Assembly: GCA_013265495.1 (NCBI GenBank)
Contig: MU058213.1
Coordinates: 6,097,149 to 6,161,148 of the forward strand
DNA length: 64,000 nucleotides
Source of the DNA: Vicugna vicugna
Lineage: Eukaryota
Direction of reading: 5' to 3'
A program made the translations under genes and the position numbers. The notes beneath the pieces were generated by a model. The model was not told the origin of the DNA. It saw nothing but the letters and a program-made list of their open reading frames with translations, and did no database searches. Positions within the stretch are counted from its first letter, which is position 1. The number at the start of each line of letters is the position of its first letter. This document shows positions 53,515 to 64,000 of this stretch, piece by piece.

Positions 53515-54331
53515 AATTTTAAAATGGTCAAAGGACTGAAACAGACATTTCTCGAATGGCCAATAAGCACATGAAAAGGTCCTCAGTATCATTTCCCATC
53601 AGGGAAGTGCAAACCAAAAGCCCAGTAAGATGCCACTTCATACCCACCAGGATGGCTAGAAACAGAAAGTCAGACAGTAACAAACGTTGCCAAGGATGCA
53701 GATAAATCCGAGCCCTCAAACACTGTTAGTGGGGAGGTAAAAAAATACAGCTACTTTGTAAAATAATCCTGCAGTTCACGAAAAAGGTTAAACAGAGTTA
53801 CTATTTGACCCCACAATTCCATTTTTAGCTATGTTCGCAAGAGAAATAAAAACATACGCCCGCATAAAAAATGTGCACGTAAACGCTGGTAGCACCATTA
53901 TTCGCTGTTCATAATAGCCAAATGTGATGTCTACCAGTCGATGAATGAGCAAGTAAAATGTAGAATAGCGGAATATCGGTGCAATGGAATACTATTTGGC
54001 GATGGGTAGGTATATGCTACAGGATGACCCTTGACAACATGCAAAGTGAAAGAAGCCAGGAACAAAAGACATATATGATTCGATTTACATGCAATGCCCA
54101 GCACAGGCAAATCTATAGAGACAGAAAGAAGTGTGTGCTTCAGGCCAGGGGGAGAATGGGAGGCTGATGTTTAGGGAGTAGGATTTCTTTTTGGACTGAT
54201 GAAAATGTTCTAAGATTAATCATAGTGATGGATGCAGAAGTCTATGAATATATTAAGAACCAATGAATTACATACTTTAAATGGGTGAATTGTATGATAT
54301 GTGAATTATTATCTCGATAAACCTGTTTAAA
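53515..54331 (+). mobile_element. Old L1 (L1MB-like) ORF2 end and 3'UTR
   Basis: aatggccaataagcacatgaaaag...cacttcatacccaccaggatggcta...tgtgaattattatctcgataaa. Confidence 0.85.
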
Positions 54332-54359
54332 ACAGAAGTCCTAAGTCACCAGTTCATTA

Positions 54360-54503
<144 letters not shown>

Positions 54504-57500
54504 TCACCCCACTCTCCTACCCACCATCCCCCCAAACTCCCAGTCCCACACTGCAAGGAAACATATTAAAAAAGACTACCATTTACAGTGTTCAGAGTCT
54601 GAGCTGACTCTCAGCTTGTAGAATATTAATATTAAAATATTTCATTATGAAATACAGTAATTACAGAAGAGACTTTACATTATCTATTTAAAAAAACAGT
54701 GAAACAAAAAGCCATCTATCTATCACTTGGATTATGAACAAAAATATCAGTTTTCCAACAGACTAAAGGAAAACACTTAAAGCTTTTTGGATTAAATGAC
54801 GCCAGAGTTGTTCTTGTTATCAACCTGGAGCTGAATAGTCATTCTCAACCGAATGAGATTACACCTGTAGGCTTTTCAAATACAAGGTGAGAAAGAGCAT
54901 GTAAAACTACCAGTTTCACACAACGTCATAAACTGAGTATATGTTAATTAGAAAAAAAAAGAAAAAATAAAGGAATTAGCTCAGTACTTATCAAAAAAAA
55001 AAACTACTAGTTTCAAATATCTAAGTTAAAAATGTGCAAAATATACATACACAAATTATAGTTTTCATTGGTTTTTATAATAATAAAGAACTGGCCGTGT
55101 ATTTCGGAGAATGGATGCAGGGCAGCACTAGGCTGAGGTCCTGGTTTAGGAGGGCAGGTCCGTCTGGGGTGGTGCGTGGACATGTGAATTGGGAAAACCC
55201 ACTTCTTGCTGAGAAGCCCAGAGTTCTGAAAGCAAGTGACAGATCCCGGACTGTGGCTTTCGATCGTCCACTCCGGGGAGATAAACAGGGCCTCTGCTGC
55301 GTACTACGTAGGCTGCTTGAATACAGACACTTGGAAACATAGTATTTGAGGAAAATGAAAAATAAAAAGTAGACTTCCTCTCTCTTCTGAAGGTGAGATG
55401 TCAGCACCGTGCTGAGGCAGGGAGGCAGCTCCCCGGTACATTTGGGGGCAACTGCAGTGATGATGGGGTTGAGAGGCAGTCAGCACCCTCCTTACATCTC
55501 CATGTAGGTTCCCCACAGCTGTCTTCCCAGCAAGGCTCTCATGAACACCCTCACTTCCAACCAAGCCCTGCACCTGCTGACGCCCACCATGTGCTGCTCT
55601 GCACCCCGCTCTGCAAGGTGTTGGGGGTCCAGAAAAGGTTACTGCTGAAAACCCCGCAGACAGCACAGCAGTCAAGAGCCGGATGCTGGGGCTGGGTTCC
55701 AGGGACACCCCTGGCTCTGCCACCATGAAACCTCTCCCAGCCTCAGTTTCCACTGCTTTAAAATGGAGATAGTGATATTAGTTATTTCTTCAAGCTGGGG
55801 ACACTCTATGTAAAGCACTCAGCCAGCTCCCGGCATGAGCAACATATAGTGGCTGTTATTCTAATATACTCACAGCTACAATAATAAACCAGGACAGGAG
55901 AAGAGGGGGGAAAATGGATTTTTCATCACGAGAGGATTTTTCAGAAGTGGTGACATGTGCCTGGGCCTGGAAGGATGACTTGAATTCACCAGGGAGGCAG
56001 TGAAAGCAAAGGTACAAAGATGGGAAAGACCATGTGTGGGGTGGGGTGGGGGAATGAAGCCTTGCTTGCCCTGGGAATGACGAGGTCACACAGCGAGAAA
56101 CGTTTAAAAAGTTCAAGTCCAACTGGTCTCCCTTGAACCAGCATCCAGAAATGCCAGCCCTTTCAAGATAATCAACCTAAAAAATCTTTATATAAAGAAT
56201 TAATATTAATAACCACATTTGATTTGTGACACAAATCCAATTAACTAAAGGGGGAGAAATCTGATCCAGGAGAAGAACTAATTTTCCTTTCTCTCATCCT
56301 CCAAATCCAAGACTCACCAACAGCCTTTTCTCTATACTAAGAAAAACACACGTGAGGTTGCCAATTAGGTATTTGCTCACTTTAAGTACTTTTCATAAAT
56401 ACTGGCTTCACCCCAAGCTTTGAGGCAGAGAATACATCACCCACTGATTCAAGAAGAAACATTCCTTTCTCATGAATCACATGGAAAACAATATGCCTCA
56501 TGTTAAAACACTGTTTCATTCATTCTAATTTCCATCATTAGGAAATCTTCTCATAGAAATTTTTGTCAACGGGACTATCAATTCAACAAATTCTGCTACA
56601 TTTAAATTTTCATGATTTATGCATCTTCTTGGAGCACTGTCACCTCCTCAGTAAACACTGCCAGGCTGGCAATGTCCGCTGTTCCCTGGTTGTGTCTTCT
56701 CCTCCCCCTGGGATGAGGTCCTCTTTCAAGACTGTCCTCAGCCATTAACACAAGCAGGTCAAGGTCTGAGAACTCGGCTAGGGCAGTAATTCGGAATCCA
56801 GGTCAGGCAACTTTGCCAAAGCCAAACAAAAACACATTTTCAAAAGGAAAAGAAAAATTAACCACATCCCATAAATTTGCAGAATGAGTAACCCTGTCCT
56901 CCAAGAACTTCAACTGACCACGTAATCCCTGCCAACAAAGCACACTGTCCTTTCCTGGACCCCCAGGCTGCACACTCCGGGATGAAGTGAGACAATCTGT
57001 CACACAGTAAACCTGAACAGGATGAGGGGACAGATCCCAGGAAGCCATCCTACTGGAAACAGAAATCAACACTTGACCAACAAATACCTTAGACTTTGCA
57101 AAACCAGTTTACAGGAATGTATGTTAGGAAGTTCTTACTGCAACTCAAATAAGGGATATGATTATTTAAAAAAAAAACAAAACCACAAACCAACCATCAT
57201 GGGGGAAATTCAATGAAAATTGGCTGAGTAAATGCACCACCATCTTAGTCTCTCCATTTTCTGATATTCCAACGAATCAATTTGGATTTTACGAGAAGGT
57301 AGCATTACGGTTGAAGAATTTCCAACCAGTAGCTTTTTCAAGAATTCTCCATTAGAGTGGTTTTCCGCAGAGCTGTCTATGTGGGTAGGGGAGACGGTGC
57401 CAGGGAAGTACTGCATTTGGAGGGCGAGAAAGATGTTTTCATTCATGACTCCGTTTGCTGGGAAGGGAAACTGGATAGAGGTTGCAGTAGGGAGAAGGGT

Positions 57501-57589
57501 GGGCTGAAGCACCCCTTAGCAATACCTCTGCTTCCAAGACTCACAATTTATTTCTGAGGTTGCCTCTGACACCAACCTTCTACTGTATG

Positions 57590-59450
57590 TGAAGGTTTCA
57601 CCCATAATTTCTTTAAATACGTTTTTGATCCCCTTTTCTATGTCTTCTCCTTCTGGGGCCCCTACTCTACACAGATTGCCATGATTTTTATATTAACCCA
57701 TAAGTCTCTTGTCTTGCTTTCATTTTTTTTTTCCCATTTGTTTTTCTGCCTGCTGTTCTGACTGGGTGACTTCCATTATTCTACCTTCAAGATCACGTAT
57801 TCGTTCTTCTGCATTATTTAGTCTGCTATTTATTGCCCTTAGCTCAGCTTTCATCTCAGAGATTGAGTTTTCTGATTTTAATTGGCTCCTCTTTATAGTT
57901 TCTAGTTCCCTTTTACAGTGATCTGCCCTCCTATCAGTAGCCTCTCTTAATCCCTTCAGCATTTTAATTATCTCCTTTTTGAACTCAAGTTCTGCTAGAC
58001 TGTCGAGGTCTATTTCTTCGTTCATTCTTTCAGGGGACTTTTCCTGTTCTTTTAATTGGGAGTGGTGTCTCTGCTTCTTCATTTTGCTTCTATTTCTCTG
58101 ACTCTGTGAGTTGAGGAGTAACAGTTATCTACTGTGGTCTTGAAGGGCTGTTTTTATAAGGGAACATGCTTGTGTAGCCTGTGTGCATATAATATTTTTG
58201 TTGCAAGGACTGTTTTTAGTATGGATGGTGGCCACGTCTTTCCTCCCTGTGTGCTGGCATCCCCCTTGATGGGGATGTGGTTGGTGGCGCGGTGAGCAGA
58301 GACTGCTCTGGAGGTTGAGCGGGGGCGTCCTCTTTGTTCTGTGGTTGTCACAGCCATGTCCTGGGCCATGTCTGTTCCCCAGCTGTTGGAATAGAAGCCC
58401 CCAGATCTGTTTCTGAGCTGCGGTGTGTGGTAGGTGGGACAGGAGCACTTCGGCTGGGAGAAGGACCACTGAGCATTCCTCTGCATGAGCTGCCCACTGG
58501 GAAGTGCCCTCCGTGGTGTCGCCTGCCATGCGCTGTGTGGGCTCTAAGTGCTGATGGCGCCACCCTCGGCCCCGCCCCAGCCGTGGGAGTGCCCGCAGTC
58601 TGCCCAGGTGTCCCTCGGGCACTGTGCTAACACAGCCACCAGGGCAAATGCGCTGAAGTCCGGCCCCATGACCTGATGTAGTCATGCATGGTCGTGTACC
58701 TGGATCCCCCGTGGGCTACAGGGTCCCCTTAGGCCCCAGCCCTGCCTCTGCACACCAGCATTCTGCTCAGATGGCCTGCAGGCACTGACTTTGCAAAGGC
58801 ACCAGTAGTGTAAATCTGACAAAGCAGCTTGGGGCAGGACTGAAAGGGGCTCAGAATTCAGCCCCGCCTCTGCTTGGGGTTAACCTGCTGGCAATTGCGC
58901 CCTTCCAGAGCAAGCCAAGGAGACAGCTACGAGGGTGTCCTGTCCCTCCCTTTGTGAGAGCACGTTAACAACAGGGCTCCTGTGGTGGACCTACCAAGCT
59001 CCATCCTGCACACAATCCCAGTTTCAGCCCGTAGCCCACTCCAGTCCCTGCAGGCTGTCTTGGAGCAGCCAACCCCAGCCCTCTCCCCAGGTCTGTCCTC
59101 TGAAGACTGAGAGCTTCAGCACCCAGTCCGGGCACGCAGAGCAGGCCTGCATCTCGAACTGGGCACTGCACGGACCCTCTGCGCCAGTCTCTCTCTGTTG
59201 TGTCTGCCACAATCTGTGAAAACTGTTCCACACGTGGATGCATTTGTGGGAGAGGGTGAGCTCTGCACCCTTCTGTTCTGCTGTCTTGAAGCCCCCCTCC
59301 TGTGTGTAGACACGCACGAGGTGTGGGGGTGGCGTGTGAGGCGTGAGGCTGGGAGTGACATAGATGCAGGCAGAGGCAGGCTGACTGACGCGGGGGAGCA
59401 GATCTGGGAGAATTCATTCTGTCAGACTGAAGGAGTCCCACTCTGGACTG
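57590..59450 (-). mobile_element. L1 5' portion: GC-rich 5'UTR plus N-terminal ORF1 (coiled coil), 3'-truncated
   Basis: ORF 57720-58082 MKKQRHHSQLKEQEKSP...INSRLNNAEERIRDLEGR is ORF1p-like, continuing in a shifted frame as ...GAPEGEDIEKGIKNVFKEIM; the 5' boundary is approximate. Confidence 0.8.
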
Positions 59451-59577
59451 ACCCTCTTAGCTTAAAGAGGAAAAAACTGAGGACTGAGGAGATTAAGCAT
59501 CTCACTGAAAGTGGTCAGGGACAGGCCAGCACAGGATGCAGTTCTTCCAACCCCGAGTCCAGCCCTTTGCTCCAGAT

Positions 59578-59756
59578 CAGCTGTTCTCCAAGTACAAGGC
59601 CCAGACCATCATCACTAGCATCACCTGAGAGCTTCTTAAGATTGTACATCCCTGAGCCCTGACTCCAGGCCCACGGACTCAGAAACTCTGGGCATGGGGA
59701 CCAGTAATAAGCCTTCCAGTGGATGTTACAATACACGTTCAAGTTTGAGAACTAGT
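59578..59756. mobile_element. MER5A-like hAT fossil
   Basis: agcatcacctgagagctt...tcagaaactctggg...aagtttgagaactagtg. Confidence 0.7.
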
Positions 59757-61216
59757 GTAGGAAGGCAAAAAACCTCAGATGTTTTCTATCTGCTATCCCC
59801 TTGACATCAAAGGAGAAAGTGAGTGATACATTTCAGAAGAGCAGAGGGCAAATTAAGCACATTCAGGGGAACAACCAAGATGGGTCGGATTCCACGTCCA
59901 GCTTCTTCAGAGGAACGGCTGGAGGAAGTGAGAGCAAGGAGCCCGAGGAAGAGGTTCGCAGGGAAAGGTGGTGACTGCCTTGAACATGAGAGCTGTCACA
60001 TGGGAAGTCCTCAGAATCATTCTTATGGCCGATTCTTAGGTTCCTGCTAATGGCAGGAAGCATCCAAAGGCGGGCTGATGACCTCGGAGGAGCGGGTTCC
60101 TCATCAGAGCCTGAATATCATCAGGGGATAATAATATTGCACGAGGAACCTTAGATTACCTTACATTGAAAATTTTCAGCAATCAATAATAGAAAAGATG
60201 CTTCAGGAACGTGCATCTCTGGATGAGACTATTCAGAGCACCGTGTGGTGTGCTGACCCGACGGAAGGATGCTACACCCCAGAGCAGCACTTCATGGTGA
60301 GAAAACAGACTTAGTCTGCACCATAAAGTGTGAAAATAAAAAGGAGGACTTGCCGACAGCAAATGCTCGAGCTCGGGCATTCGCCTTACTATTTCTCTTT
60401 TCCTCCTTGTAAAGGATCGAGCATTATCTGCCTGTCATGGGTTAGAAAGGTCTTGCTGGTAGGATGGAAATGGACCCATCCTTGTCTCTCAGAGTGGGTA
60501 ATGAGCAGCTATTTCAACCCTGGTCTTCCCATTGGAGTTTAACCTTGATCAAGTCACTTGATATTTAGAAGAGTCTACTTTTTTCCAAGAGAGAAAAGGA
60601 AGAAAGACAGTCATTCCAGTATGCCCACGTCCTGGGACCTGATTATCCGGTGACAGTGGCAGGGCTCCTCTCTGTAGTTGAGTCACCCACAAGGTCTCTC
60701 TCCAGCTCTGCTTCCCATGTTCCCAGGGATGGCAGGGTTTCCCCAGCTGGATACAAAAACTATATCCTGTAGTCAACATCTTAACATTTTCCTACTCATT
60801 CCATTTCATACTGCAGAGGACACACCCCTGAATGCCAGCGGTAGGACAAACAGTGATGCAGGATTCCTCAGAAGCCAGGGAGGGAGGGCTCACTGCATGC
60901 TTATGTATGTACCACACGGCTCCCTCTGGCTTGTTCCCTCCTAGAGAGAACTCTGCTCACCAGCACAGTCCTCAGAGGATTACAGAACCGACAGCCTCTG
61001 TACCCACACGAGCAACTAAATGACAGATGGGTTTTAACCAGCAGTTCCCATCTTGACTCTGAGCCCCGAGTGAAGCATTCTAGGCCACATCCCATGGGGA
61101 CTGATGAGAAGCTGAGTGCACTAAGGATGTCTACACAGAGCCTCGAACTAATTCAAAAACCATCCTGACTCTGTGGTACTCAGGTTTCCTTTTTTGCCCC
61201 ATCTGCTTCCAGATTA

Positions 61217-61552
<336 letters not shown>

Positions 61553-64000
61553 CTAGAAAGGAACAAGAGCATCATTTGGAAACACGGAACTTGCTCTAAA
61601 GCAGAGCAACTTTCAGAGGAGACCTGGGAAACTCGAGTGTGCAAACGTACAGCTAGAAATTCATCTTGGGGACAATCTGCTCACTTGGCTTAACTCAGAT
61701 CTACGACACTTTCTGAAAGCTTTACTGACTCTTATTTTCACACTCGTAAATGAGTTTGAAATTAAGATTTTTTTTTAAATAACGAGGCCTTCTTAGTATA
61801 GTTAATAAAATAAAGCAAAAAACAAAAAGAAAAAGAAAAACCAGAGTAAATCCTCACATACAATGCTTTTCATGAGAAACAAAGAAGCAGGCCAGTTATT
61901 AACAAATTTAGTTAATTTTATATTGATGGAGGGCCTTTGCAAATACATTTTTCTCACAAATTTTGGGGAGAAGGGAGGTGCACAAATTATTTACAATCAA
62001 AATTCTCCTGTACTCTTTCTAGGCAATCCAACCAATGAAGAATCACCTTATCAAACTGATGGAAATTCATAATTAAATGGTGGAGATACATAAAAACTCA
62101 GGAGTAATCAACTTTTTAATACACCACTTCATTCACCTTCTTCCTTCACAGGTCCTTTTACAAACTTGCTGACTCAAAGCCCTTTCACTGTGGCAGGAAA
62201 CTTACTTCTTCACAAAGCTAAAATATTCAACGTAAAATCATCTCTTAGTACCTGTGCACTGGGTACCCAAAATGCAACGGAGTCCAAGCAGAAAAAGCCA
62301 CATAAATAAAGCTGAAATTGCTTATGATCTATTTCAAATCATTAGCAACTCAACTGTTGTTTGAAGGAACAGGAGCAGAGCCCACGTCAGCATTCCCACC
62401 ACCACACAGCTGAGCACGCCTGCGTGTCCAAGAATGGGGCACAAACGTGTGCAAACTCTCCTTCCAAGCAAATCAGCATGAAGAGAGAAAACCTCTAAAA
62501 GAAAATAGAGGAAAGGGATCTCCGAAGCCAGAAAACCATTACAAAGTCAGCAGAAGAGATCTGCCTACAGTTCCAATTAAGGCTTTTCTGTTTTCATGGG
62601 TTTGGGAAATCTGAAACCCTTGAGAAAAACTCTTGGGTATGTTCAAAACAAGATGCTCACTGGTGAATTACGTTCTCTGTTTAGATGTGCAGAATATAGA
62701 CTTCCTTGCCAAGGCTTGGAATTGAGGGCGAAGCTGCAGAGGATGTATGATCAAAGCAAAGCTCTATCATAACAAAGTAAATTGACCCTTTGTTGATGAG
62801 AGATTGTGCTTGAGAACAAATGTAATGATTTTTGCAATGACTAAGATGAAGCTGAGGAGGGACTGGTTCTCACAAATCTTTAAGTCCCCAAACTCTTAAC
62901 TTTCATTTAAAAATTTTTAAGAATAGCTTGGAAGACCCTCATCCTAAGCATTTAAGAGCAAACCTTTTCAAATTAGCATGAGAAAACACAGGGGCAAGGG
63001 CGACTTAAGTTGATGTGCCACTGGACATAGCCGTCTCTAGCTCAAAATAGCAATGGGTCACATTTACTGGATATGCATACTGGCCTAGACACCTGGACTT
63101 TCTCATTTATGCCTCACAGTTGTAAGAGGCAGCCACTGTCATCATTATTCCCCCTTTATCTGGACAAGACAACAGGGCCTTAAAGAAATAAAGTATTGGT
63201 CAAGATGATATAATTAGTAAGCAATGAAGGTAAGGTCTGAACCCAAGTCTGTGAGCTACCAAATCTTTTTCTTAACCATAATGTTAACCTGCTTCCCAAG
63301 GAAGACATAGAATAATTTAGTATGGTAGCAGAAGGAATTAACTGGGTGAGCTAGGATGAGAAAGAAGCCTTCAGGTTGTGGGATAAATTTGAGCCAATAG
63401 GGATATATCTTAACCATCAAAATTACCCTGAATTTAGCTCTGGGTCAACTTTAGATGCCCCCTGAGGTGGCTGGAAGCAGCAGCATGGATTCACCCTGAC
63501 TCGAGACAAGAAGAGCCCGCAAGTCAGGATGGAAAGCTACCGGGGGCACTTGCCCAACAGAAGCGGGACTCAAAATATGCAGACAGACGGAAGGTGAGAA
63601 GAGGCTTAGGGCGCCAGCTCCTTGTCCTACCCTCCACATAGACGGCTGACAAGTCGGAACTGGAGTCGTGGCTCTGCTCTTTGCAAGCTACGTGACAAAT
63701 CACTAGATTTCTTTGGGCCTCAATCTCCCCATCTGTAAACTAAGTTGGTTGAGCGAGAGGACCTCTAGTACCTTCATCTGAAGGCTGGAATAGATGTTAA
63801 ATGTCGACCAGTCCAATCACCTCATGGTGCTTGCATCTCCGGTCACATCTGCTCCTTCAGAGGCCCAGTCTCACTTGGATAGAGCTGCAGCCCAGACCAC
63901 CTGCCAGCTCTGAGCTCAATTCCATCTCTCTAATTTCAAAACTGGTGCCTTTGAGCCACACAACGTAGAATTTAATAAAGCCTCAAAAATCACGTGTAAT

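Noticed and set aside
61553..64000. LDHAL6B-type retrogene (nested in human MYO1E) or another MYO1E exon
   Set aside because: No LDH-like or myosin peptide is visible; these would lie further upstream, outside the window

Overview
Mammalian genomic DNA, most likely a camelid, judging from the many copies of a short tRNA-derived Vic-1-like SINE. The window holds two convergent genes. On +, the last two coding exons and 3' UTR of CCNB2 (cyclin B2; 1461-2948). On -, the last 12 coding exons of MYO1E (myosin IE; about exons 17-28 by human numbering, 8617-61552), which splice with GT-AG junctions into one continuous 542-aa frame running from the end of the motor domain through IQ, TH1, TH2 and SH3. 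The main accessory element is a ~6.2 kb two-LTR gamma-like endogenous retrovirus (38168-44332), antisense to MYO1E. It has a His-like PBS, two Gag zinc knuckles (HERV-H/F-like), decayed gag/pro/pol, a deletion of integrase and most of env, a nested L1 3' end with a 16-bp TSD, and an unexplained GC-rich leader segment. It inserted only ~37 nt upstream of a MYO1E splice acceptor, apparently on a branch-point motif, and its LTR end supplies a new CTAAC. Other elements are a 12-copy ~52-bp minisatellite with higher-order structure beside exon 26, a solo LTR, a 3'-truncated L1 (5'UTR plus ORF1), DNA-transposon fossils, an intragenic CpG-rich island and a strong CTCF motif. I found no evidence of a wholly new multi-gene system. 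Repeat family names come from recognition and were not verified by search.
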